Source of the DNA: Octopus bimaculoides
Lineage: Eukaryota
Reading direction: 5' to 3'
Assembly: GCF_001194135.2 (NCBI RefSeq)
Contig: NC_068996.1
Coordinates: 48,750,771-48,794,719, forward strand
Length of the DNA: 43,949 nucleotides
Numbering within the stretch: position 1 is the stretch's first letter; each line of letters starts with the position of its first letter. Below, one piece after another: positions 34,609 to 43,949 of this stretch. The notes below the pieces were generated by a model. It was not told the DNA's origin, did no database searches, and saw only the letters and a program-made list of their open reading frames with translations. A program made the position numbers and the translations under genes.

Positions 34609-34980
34609 TTAATGTCTGTTTTCCATGGGTTAGATTACTTGACAGGAGCTGGCAAGGCCAGTGGCCACACCAGGTCCCATAGTCACTTTCGGCCTGGTTT
34701 CTACAACTGGATGTCCTTCCTAATGCAAACCACTTTACAGAGTGTACCAGGTGCTTTTTACATGGCACCAACACCAGTGATTTTTACATGGCACCTTGGT
34801 TTTCCGAAATAACTACTGTTGTGCTGGGTATGTCTTCTCAAGTACAGCAATGCACCCCATATTTCAGTCCTCTGTCATCTCATTTGTAAGGCTCAACATT
34901 TTGAGATCAGCCTTCAGTACTCTGTCCCATGCCTATCTGGGTCTCCCTTTTTGACAACTTCCCTCCACTTATTTAAATAC
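34575..34980 (-). mobile_element. RTE 3' end including the ORF2 C-terminus
   Basis: (cat)n, 3' UTR, then a frameshifted remnant of the G.C.RGRP.KTW...LK.DL...L.K ORF2 end at 34830-34975. Confidence 0.72.
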
Positions 34981-35194
34981 TTGAAAGTAATATTAAGAAT
35001 CTGAAAAAAAAAAAAAAGATCAAAGGGCAGGGTTATCATTTTGCCTATATTTCTTTCCAAATATTCTATATTAAAGCAAAAATTTTATTATGCCTGTTTG
35101 TTCCATTTTTGTTTCTTTCATTTTTATTCTTTGTTCCTGCTGAAGCACAGTCTTGCATTTATTGTCAATAAAAACAGGACTACCTTTTAATGGA

Positions 35195-35565
35195 AGTAAT
35201 TATATTATTACTTTCAGTTGTGTTTGTTTGTTTGTCCCTGGATAAGGTATCTCAAGTACCACTGGGTGAATTCGGATGAAACTTTCAGGGATGTTTGGCC
35301 TCATGACTGGCATGAACTGATTAGATTTTGGGATCAATCCAGTACCGGACCAGGATTCTGGATTATTTTTCTTTTTTTTTTTTACTTAACTTTTGAGAGC
35401 AGTCGGGTTCATTTTTAGTTTCATTTTCATTTAGGTTCATTCTCATTTGTGAGAGCAGTTGAGTTTATTTCAGATATTCTCATTTAAAAAATCATCTCCA
35501 GCTAATCGTTGAGAGGTCGTTAGTGTTGCCTTGGCAGAGGTTTGAGCTCTCTGAGTGATCTTGTA
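35195..35565 (+). mobile_element. Helentron/DINE-1-type non-autonomous element
   Basis: (gttt)n, atctc...actggg.gaattcggatgaaactt, gattagattttgggatc and 3' ccttggcagaggtttgagctctctgagtg; architecture recognised from memory; 5' subTIR not seen. Confidence 0.55.
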
Positions 35566-35947
35566 TTATATATTATTTTTATGTGAGAAGTAATAAAATT
35601 TATCAACAAGTATGAATATATCTTACATAAAATATTCAACACAGTTACGAACAACTGACACCAATACAGTCCTTACAGCTAATCCTTGTGGACAACTTTA
35701 CAGCCTGACGTGTTAAACTAACTGATACACACGCACAGTCTCGTGCTAGGTTTTTTTCTATCCCAAGTGAGCAGGTATTGATTTTTTTGCAGCCAGTTGA
35801 CACATTGATCTGAGTTAAAATAGGGCAGCATTGAATAAGTTATACGTGCAACTTTGTAACTTGAAAGATGAAGACAGAAGACCTTACCTATTTAGTTGTG
35901 TTTGTGTGTTGCATATATTATTATTATTGTTGTTGTTGTTGTTGCTG

Positions 35948-36125
35948 TTAAGGCAATGAGCTGGCAGAATCATTAGCACACCAGGCAAAATGCTTAGCAG
36001 AATATTTCGTCTGCTGCTACATTCTGAGTTCAAATTCCGTCAAGGTTGACTTTGCCTTTCATCCTTTCGAGGTCGATAAATTAAGTACCAGTTATGTTTT
36101 GGGGTCGATGTAATCGACTTAACAC
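35948..36125 (+). mobile_element. SINE family C
   Basis: taaggcaatgagctggcagaatc...ctttgcctttcatcctttcgaggtcgataaattaagtacc. Confidence 0.82.
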
Positions 36126-36479
36126 CATTGTCTGTCCTCAGCACCAGTTGTCAAGTGGTGGTGAGGGGACAAATACAGACCCAAAGATATACATTCATAT
36201 ATACATTCATATATATAGTGATGCTATCTGTGGGATTCTCAGCTTTTTTAGCTGCTATTTCTGAACTTCGGTATATGGTGAAGCAAATATTTGCTGATCC
36301 CTTAATTATGTTTATAAATATATATGAGCTTTTAAATAAGTTCTCCACCAATAATGGTGCTTTCATACTGATGGGCTTGGTAAAAATTATTAATTATTAA
36401 TTGTTGATTTATTAATGAATTAATAAATTGATAATCCTTTACCCTTTTAATTTATATATATATATATACATATATACAT

Positions 36480-36794
36480 ATATGTGACAGGCTCCTTTCA
36501 GTTTTCCATCTATCAAATCCAGTCTCGAGGTTCTGGTCGGCCTGAGGCTACAGTAGAAGACACTTGCCGAAGGTGNNNNNNNNNNNNNNNNNNNNNNNNN
36601 NNNNNNNNNNNNNNNNNNNNNNNNNNNNNNNNNNNNNNNNNNNNNNNNNNNNNNNNNNNNNNNNNNNNNNNNNNNNNNNNNNNNNNNNNNNNNNNNNNNN
36701 NNNNNNNNNNNNNNNNNNNNNNNNNNNNNNNNNNNNNNNNNNNNNNNNNNNNNNNNNNNNNNNNNNNNNNNNNNNNNNNNNNNNNNNNNNNNNN

Positions 36795-36864
<70 letters not shown>

Positions 36865-37357
36865 CCACCTCTTGACAACCAGAGTTGGTGTGTTTACATC
36901 CCTGTTACCTAGTGGTTCAGCAAAAGGAGAGAGACCCACAGGATAAATACCAGGCTTAAAGAAAAAAAGTATAATTTGTCTTTTATTTATTTTAGTCATT
37001 GGACTGTGGCAATGCTGGGGCAATGCTTTGAAGAATTTTTTTAGCTGAATGAATCAACCGCAATAGTTTTTTTTCTTTTTTATGCCTGGTTCTCATTCTA
37101 TTGGTTTCTTTTGCTAAACTGCTAAGTTACGGGGACATAAACACACCAACACCAGTTGTCAAGCAGTGGTGAACAACAAACACAGAGACAAAGGCACATA
37201 TGTGATGGGCTTCTTCCAGTTTCCTTCTACCAAATCCACTCACAAGACTTTGGTCAGTCCAAGGCTATAGTAGAAAACACTTGTCCCAAGGTTCCACACG
37301 ATGGGACTGAAACTGAAGCCATGTGGTTGGGAAGCAAATTTCTTACCACACAGCCAC
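36480..37357. mobile_element. Cluster of SINE family A copies in both orientations around a gap
   Basis: Minus head 36480-36575, plus 3' part 36863-36960, full minus copy about 36975-37357. Confidence 0.78.
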
Positions 37358-37419
37358 ATAGCTACGTAATATGTTCATCTCTGTTCTAAAAAAGGAAGCA
37401 AAAACATATTTTTTCAGAT

Positions 37420-38260
37420 AATCCATCTATCTTCACCCACAATTTTTTGGAGACTACTGATCGTATCCAATCTCTCGGTCTACTCCCAGGTCTCCTGCTT
37501 GTTAAAAAATCCATCTTAGAACATAGATGAATATGTTACGTAGCTATACAGCTTTTAGCAAGATGTGGCTGTGTGGTAAGAAATTTGCTTCCCAACCACA
37601 TGGCTTCAGTTTCAGTCCCATTGTGTGTAACCTTGGGACAAGTGTTTTCTACTATAGCCTTGGACTGACCAAAGTCTTGTTAAAAAATCCATCTTGTAAC
37701 TCATTTTTGTGACATTCTAATCACACATGTTCGTAGTACTGGAGCTGTGACCTCTCACTGCAGAGCTGTAATGGTTCAACCTGGAGAAATTCCTTGATCT
37801 CCAAGCTGTACATCATGTAGAGAAACACTACTCTGGAGATCCTTTGGAAGAACGCTCTCTCAGCTGCTTATATTTGTGATCATACTTTTTCAGTCATTAC
37901 CCATCATTCATGGTCATAGATGAGGATAAACATGGAAACCAAATTGAAGGTATCAAATTTGGATTTTTTTCACCAATTTCTTCTCTTCTGAAGATTGATT
38001 ATAGGATCTGGCCTATTACAGTGTCATCACCTGCAATTCTAGCATCCAATTCGGCCTTCTGCCTTCTCTTCATTTGTGAATGCAACACCAAGACACTTAA
38101 ACTTCTCCACTTGTATCAATGATGTTCCACTAACATAAACACTGGACTGGGAAAGCTTTTTTAAAAGGACCAATGTCTTAGTTTTCGCAACAATAATTCT
38201 CATTCCTTTCTTGCAGCATTCAGCAGTAAGCCCATTCAGTGCATGCAGATAATGTAAATG
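37420..38260 (-). mobile_element. RTE-clade LINE ORF2 C-terminal fragment
   Basis: MRIIVAKTKTLV...QVEKFKCLGVAFT, WVMTEK, QVEPLQL..ERSQLQYY and SRRPGSRPRDW. Confidence 0.85.
37516..37680 (+). repeat. Inverted local copy of 37242-37389, flanked by a 20-bp direct repeat
   Basis: 143/148 identity plus a 17-nt indel; cttgttaaaaaatccatctt at 37498-37517 and 37676-37695. Confidence 0.93.
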
Positions 38261-38284
38261 AAAATTTATTAAATCTTGTTTGTG

Positions 38285-38327
<43 letters not shown>

Positions 38328-38481
38328 ATTCTGTCTTTAATAACATAGCAAGCATTCTTGTTAAAAAGGAAGGGATTTTCTGGCCTCTATGTTTATAATA
38401 ATTGTAGGTATTCTTTACATTTCGTTTGGTCTAATTCATGGTAAAAATGAAATTTTCATCTCATGTGAATTTCCACTGCAG

Positions 38482-38622
38482 GCTAATGAAATAAAACGCC
38501 AACATGGAGCTGTTACCATTCTTGTGAACAATGCTGGAATATTGGCCCCGGGGAATTTTCTGGAAGTTGAAGATGAGAAAATTGAGCAGATTTTCAAAGT
38601 TAACATGTTGGCTCATTTTAGG
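38482..38622 (+). CDS. SDR16C-family dehydrogenase/reductase, coding exon 3
   Basis: Acceptor ttccactgcag; ANEIKRQHGAVTILVNNAGILAPGNFLEVEDEKIEQIFKVNMLAHFR (NNAG motif); donor gtaagt at 38623. Confidence 0.93.
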
Positions 38623-38829
38623 GTAAGTTTTGTTTTTTACTTTGACTATTTTCTATCAGTGGACAGTGACCTTGCTAGGTACCATCCTACAGTGACCTAG
38701 CTAGAGTACCATTCTACCATATTTTATGTTTTACTTTTATTAATTGGGCTAAAACACAATTTCTTTTGAATAGTAAAACAAGGGTGCTATCTAATTATTT
38801 AATACAATTGCATGTTGCTGATGTCATAA

Positions 38830-39100
38830 GAATCATGAGGTAGTGAGTTCAATTCTCAGACTGGGCTGTGTGTTGTGTTCTTGAGCAAGACACTTTATTT
38901 CATGTTGCTCCACTCCACTCATCTGTAGAAATGAGATGCAATGTCACTAGTGCCAAGCTGTATCAGCCTTTGCCTTTCCCTTGGATAACATTGATGGCAT
39001 AGAGAGGGGAGGCTGATGTATGTGCATGCGACTGCTGGTCTTCCATGAAAAACCTTGCCCGGACTTGGGCCTCAGATGGGAACTTTCTAGGTGCAATTTC
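38830..39100 (+). mobile_element. CORE-like tRNA SINE (family D)
   Basis: ttcttgagcaagacactttatttcatgttgctcc...ctgtagaaatgag. Confidence 0.78.
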
Positions 39101-39309
39101 TTTCTTCTCACAGTAGTGAGAAGAAAGAAATTGGTTTACGTGAAGTGGCTGGAAAGTTTTGCACAGCCATTTTTGGTGGTAATCTTGCATCTTCCCTTCT
39201 CATTCAGAACCCCTACTACAAAATATAATGATTCAGTATGGAAATGACTCCAACAGGGCGAATGTTTCATCAGCAAAAAATACAATGTGAAACATCTACT
39301 TATAAGTCA

Positions 39310-39589
39310 GTGTAATTGTGTGTTTGATGTATATGTGATGCATGTGCGTGTGCTTGTGTGTGTAAACATGGACAAAGCACAGGCAAAGCCAAGTAGTTAA
39401 GAACTTCATTTTACGATCATGAAATCTTGGGTTCAAATCCACTGTGTGATAACTATGGCAAGTACCTTTTATCATAAACTTAACTACTTGACTTTGCCTG
39501 TGCTTTGTCCATGATTACACACACAAGCAGACGCACATATATCAGACATACACACATGCATCACATATACATCAAACCCACAATTGCAC
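39310..39589. repeat. Inverted repeat, 92-bp arms with 77-bp spacer
   Basis: 39310-39401 versus 39479-39589: 87/92 plus a 19-nt indel. Confidence 0.92.
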
Positions 39590-40060
39590 ACATATGTCTA
39601 ATAGATACATTAAATGTACACGCATTCACATGCATCAGACATGCAGACATGAATCAGACACATATGCACATATGTCTAACTTGTGCATTAAACACACATG
39701 AAACACAAATGCATACATCCAACATGCACACACAAACAGCCAACATGCACATGCAAACATCCAACATGGACATGCTAACATCCAACATGCACACGCAAAC
39801 ATCAAACATCCAACATGCACACACAAACATCAAACACACACAAACATCAAACATCAAATACACACAAACATCAAACACACACAAACATCAAACATGCAAA
39901 CATCCAACACACACATGCACATACATTTAACAAGCATGCATACATATATCAAACATGCAGATACACACACATGCCCATCAAATACACACACACACATCAA
40001 ACACACATTCATCAAGCACAAACACACCAAACACAGAAAGCACACACATATACACCAGAA
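39590..40060. repeat. Degenerate CA-rich simple repeat (acatcaa/acacac)
   Basis: Directly visible. Confidence 0.85.
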
Positions 40061-40294
40061 TTCCCACATTCTGCTACCCATACACATACCCAAGGATTGA
40101 ACTCTCTTCACTGTTACCTTCACTTAGAACTTCTTTCTTTAGATTATCTCTCTCAGTATCTGCTCTTTGCTCTCAAAGTCTGAGTCCATCTTCATTTTCA
40201 CTCAAACATTCTCTTTTTCAAATGAAACAGAAATCTGCTGAAATTTTCGGTCAGAAGCTCCCCTTCTCATCTACCCACATTTGTTCTTGTATGT

Positions 40295-40850
40295 TTATTC
40301 CCTTTAGTATTTAAAGTGGCCATATATCTGGCCCAAGAGTTCTACCTTGTTTTATGTTCAAACTTGACAGATCTGGCCTCTCACACCTACCCTACAATGT
40401 CATTCTAAAAACATAAACAATCACACTGTTGAAATCTCACAGGTACAGGATAATGCATGATTAATGCAAAACAATGTGAATAAATAAACATTACCTTTGA
40501 CAGAGAAATCTGGATATCAAAGGGTGGACCCATTAGCATTTAACCCAGCCATGTCCAGTCCAAATATTCTACTTGATTTACGTTCAAACTGCTCATATCT
40601 AGTCTCTCTACCTGTTTTTGGTTAAAACTGACCAGATTTAATTTCTCACACCTATCCTACTATGCTGTATCTTCAATGCTACTTTTGGTAGTTCCTGGTA
40701 TAAGTCAGCATTTGTTATATGTCTCTTCCAGGAGACATTGAGTGCCATTCTAAGCATCCTTATATAACAACCGTCCAACAGCTTCTTCAATGCTTAAGTG
40801 ATTTAATAGGCATTACATTTGACAGAATAATCTGAAAGCTAAAGGATTAA
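40295..40850. mobile_element. Second head-to-tail pair of piggyBac-type MITEs (family 1)
   Basis: ccctttagtattt start, junction aaggg-tgga-cccattagcatt at about 40525, end gctaaagga-ttaa at 40850. Confidence 0.72.
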
Positions 40851-41029
40851 ATTTTCCTCTGTGTCCCCCACCCCCACTCCTGACCCCATATTCTTCCTTT
40901 TATCTTTCATACAACACTCATAACTAACTCCGCTAATCTAGATAACAGCAGCCTTCCATTTAAATCACATTTTACTGTCTTAAAAAAAAAAGAGGGACAT
41001 TTTGAATAATTTAATCCCAATCCAGTATA

Positions 41030-41466
41030 TGATTCTTCATCTTAATTGTTTTAGTCATTGGACTACGGCCATGCTGCGGCACTACCTTGATGGGTTTAGT
41101 CAAATGATTTGACCCCAGTGCCTTTATGTTTAAGCCTGGTTCTTATTCTATCAGTTTCCTTTATGCCAAACCACTAAGTTACAGGGATGCAAATAATACA
41201 ATACCAACTGTCAAGCAGTAAAGGATGGGGAATCAAACAAACAAACACACACACACACATGCATGCGCATGCATGCACACACACACACATACATATATTT
41301 GACAGTTTTCCACAGTTTCCATCTACCAAATTCATTAACAAGTTCTTGGTCAGCCTAGGGCCTTAGTGGGAGACACTTGCCCAAGGTACAATGGAGTGGG
41401 ATTGAACCTAAAACTCTGTGGTTGCAAAGCAAGCTTCTTAACCACACAGCCATGCACTGCACCTAT
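41030..41466 (-). mobile_element. SINE family A, full length
   Basis: Reverse complement of the family A head and tail. Confidence 0.8.
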
Positions 41467-41495
41467 ATGAAAATAAACAATAAAAAGTAGTAGTA

Positions 41496-41536
<41 letters not shown>

Positions 41537-41542
41537 AATAAA

Positions 41543-42105
41543 TGCCCTGACGCAATAGCAGGCAGTGGCTCTCATGGCTTCTGATCTTAATTGATTGGAA
41601 GTGTTATCATGTACATTGTATTATTTTGGTATAAAAGATGGGTTACAGCAAATATTCTGCTTAATACCACAGATTTGCTTGTCAGTTGTTTGACCTTAAC
41701 CAGTTGAGCATGTCCCTTGGTGGCTGACGATATGTGCATCTCTGATCATGAGCAGAAGTAGTGGGGGAGCATCATAGCCATGTGTTGAGAGGGATTCTTT
41801 GGGGTTTGAATAATTCACCTTTGGAAACATGGGTGTTTTGCTCAACATCCTTAAACAAACCTTATTCAGGGACCTTTTGAGCGGGATGGGCTACTCGACC
41901 TGAAGAAAATTCTAACTGGGCCCCACCTGCGAGATCATGCGCTGTTTATCTTGATATGAGATCACCATGTACCACATATATGGTTGTGATGCATATGCCT
42001 GGTGTACCCTTATCAGACAGGTAGTCATGATAAGTGTATTGGGCTTTGTATATTTTACCCCAGTTTAACTTTGATGGCATGCACTGCTCTCCCACTCAAT
42101 TATAA
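41543..42105. mobile_element. Unclassified element of about 560 bp with (TAA)n at both ends
   Basis: (taa)n/(taaa)n at 41495-41542 and attataataat at about 42099-42110; no convincing ORF. Confidence 0.4.
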
Positions 42106-42149
42106 TAATACTCTCTTTTATTGGCCACAAGGACTGAGCATAAAACAAA

Positions 42150-42855
42150 TAGGGACAATACAATACAAGAGACAAGTGGGATGTTAAACAATGCTGTGTA
42201 TACAATAAGCAACAAAAAACAAATAACAAAATAATTAAACAATAAAAATTCCCCAAAAGTAGGGGAGTCCCTGACAGGGACAACCACTGAACCCCACACA
42301 ACCTGGTTATCCCAGCCACCAGGTGCACTTCGGCAGGCACCTCTCTCCTTAATTCCTCTGGTTTACAAATGAAAGTTCAGAGTAGGCCCATTCACACAGG
42401 CCATCCTCACCACATAAACCCACCTTTCAACAAATTTAGTGGGGAGCCGAACTTCCCTCTCCACCCCCATATTCCTTTTCAAGTAGAACTTGAAAAAGTT
42501 GATGAGGGCTTGGCTGAAGAGGAAAGTATCTGTCTTCAGTCCTTTCAGTCTCATCCAGCACACCACCTCCTTCACCATAGCCACCAGACAGAGGGAAACT
42601 GCCTTTCCTTTTCAGCCTAAGGAAGGCAAAGGAGCGATCTTCACGATGGACTCGGTTGGTTACCATATCCATCCTACACATGATAACAGATGTTTGACAA
42701 AGCTCCACAAGTCAGTAATGCACGGACATTGGATGAGTATGTGCAGGGCAGTTTCATTGCCATGCGCACACCTCAGACGAGTCCGTCTGACAGTATTTCC
42801 ATGTCTGTAGAGCTTGTTTCAAACTGGCAGATCTCTCTGGTAGCATTGTTAGGCC
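42150..42855 (-). mobile_element. L1/Tx1-type LINE ORF2 C-terminus and 3' UTR
   Basis: LRCAHGNETALHILIQCPCITDLW (zinc-knuckle remnant) then MVKEVVCWMRLKG...FVERW. Confidence 0.72.
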
Positions 42856-42857
42856 AG

Positions 42858-43545
42858 GTAGGAAAACAAACCACCGCCAGTACTAGAAAATGACTCCATC
42901 TCACTCCTTTGGAACTTTGTCATTCAAACTGACGGAAAGATAGATGCAAATATGCCAGGCATTATATTGAAGAACTTGAGACAAAAATCATGCCTCCTCA
43001 TCAATATGACTGTCCCAATTGACATAAATGTATCTGTCAAGACCTATCAAAAACTGAACAAGTATAATGATCTTGAAATAGAAATTGGCTAAATGTAGAA
43101 CCTAAAGACTAAAACAATACCTGCTGCCATAGGTGTCCTAGGAATGATAGCAAAAGGGACTGATTGCTACCTAGCTCAGATACCAGGAAATCCAAAAATG
43201 TAAGAAATTCAAAAAGTAGTGCTAATGGGAACTGCCCATATCCTACGTAAAATATTTTAATCTGTAAATAATGTTAAAATACTTTTAAATGTACAGAACA
43301 ACAAATACCTTTTACTGTCATCTTAACATCAGACTATCATCTTAAAATCAAATTACTTTTGAAACAAATTTCTAATTTACTTATGTTTTGACAGACATTC
43401 TCTGGAACAATACTATGTGCAAAACCAAAAATATGGCGCCCTAGTCATAACATCAACTTGAACTTCTAGGTTTTATTGTCTCTTGAGGTCTCTGGATGAG
43501 ACATGGAGTCAACTTGTACAAATACAAAGCAAAAGTCAAACATAT
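42858..43545 (+). mobile_element. R4/Dong-type (RLE) LINE, 5'-truncated, with (TAA)n tail
   Basis: NKPPPVLEND...LLWNFVIQTDGKIDANMPGI...CLLINMTVP...KLNKYNDL...IGVLG...IQKVVLMGTAHILRK. Confidence 0.85.
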
Positions 43546-43598
43546 AATAATAAAATTAATAATAATAATAATAATAATAATGATAATAATAATAATAA

Positions 43599-43949
43599 TG
43601 TGCAGTCTGCTTGCGCCTACAGAGTATCTCAACAGGCATGATAGAGCTGCACAATATATTCACTGGGTAATATGCAAAAACCTGGACTAGCCCCATGATA
43701 AAAACTGGTGGGAACACAAACCACCCCCAGTACTTGAAAATGATCACATTGCATTCCTCTGGAACTTCACCATTCAAGCTGACAGAAAGATAGACGCAAA
43801 TCGGCCAGACATCATACTGAAAGACTTCAGACAAAAATCATGCCTCCTCATTGATATGACTGTCCCAATCGATATAAACGTATCTGTCAAGACCTACCAA
43901 AAACTGAGCAAATATAAAGATCTTGAAATAGAAATTAGCAAAATGTGGA
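43599..43949 (+). mobile_element. Second R4/Dong-type LINE copy (runs off the window end)
   Basis: CSLLAPTEYLNRHD..A..IHW, WEHKP, LWNF.IQ.DRKIDANRPDI, IDMTVP, KLSKYKDL (PD-(D/E)xK nuclease). Confidence 0.9.

Larger units (their letters stand above)
4672..36794. other. Nine assembly gaps (about 4672-4812, 6039-6103, 8844-9055, 11924-12351, 13359-13439, 18661-18784, 19962-20095, 21595-21992, 36576-36794)
   Basis: N runs, almost all next to simple or tandem repeats. Confidence 0.99.
11495..38622 (+). other. Partial gene span: SDR16C-family dehydrogenase/reductase, coding exons 1-3; gene probably continues past the window end
   Basis: Three phase-0 exons join into a continuous 163-aa Rossmann-fold N-terminus; introns of 18,486 and 8,153 bp with GT-AG ends. 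Confidence 0.92.

Noticed and set aside
33995-34612. Poly-His/Ile/Ser 205-aa ORF
   Set aside because: It is the (CAT)n tail of an antisense RTE fragment read in frame.
38389-38481. Hydrophobic N-terminal part of ORF 38389-38700
   Set aside because: Lies upstream of a canonical acceptor at 38481; SDR homology starts at 38482 and joins exon 2 in phase.
40732-40767. Possible SDR exon 4 (ttccag then ETLSAILSILI*)
   Set aside because: Only superficial similarity to the expected T.KAFLP.M; stops at codon 12 and lies within a MITE. No exon 4 was found in the window.

Overview
Eukaryotic, AT-rich, repeat-saturated genomic DNA with nine N-gaps. The SINE, LINE and microsatellite families look like an octopus (coleoid cephalopod) genome; this is inferred from repeat families I recognise, not from a search. 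One host gene is supported: the 5' part of a membrane-anchored SDR16C-family short-chain dehydrogenase/reductase (DHRS3/RDH10/SDR16C5-like) on the + strand. It has three phase-0 coding exons (11495-11719, 30206-30328, 38482-38622; 163 aa) separated by 18,486 bp and 8,153 bp introns. The catalytic YxxxK exon is not seen and probably lies beyond the window. Exon 2 is absent from the ORF track. Almost everything else is transposon debris: RTE, CR1/L2-type, L1/Tx1-type and R4/Dong-type LINE fragments, two Penelope-like elements with adjacent hammerhead-like motifs, two mariner relics, piggyBac-type (TTAA), hAT-like, MULE-like and Helentron-like MITEs, and at least four tRNA-headed SINE families. 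Most listed ORFs are microsatellite artefacts. The most unusual structures are (i) five local fold-back inverted duplications plus one longer-range inverted copy, four of them inside the SDR pre-mRNA, (ii) a 93-bp tandem array made from a SINE 3' end, (iii) hammerhead remnants beside both Penelope elements, and (iv) an unassigned decayed reading frame at 29.2-29.65 kb. I cannot show that any of these is a new system without database searches. Repeat boundaries are approximate unless a TSD or TIR is quoted.
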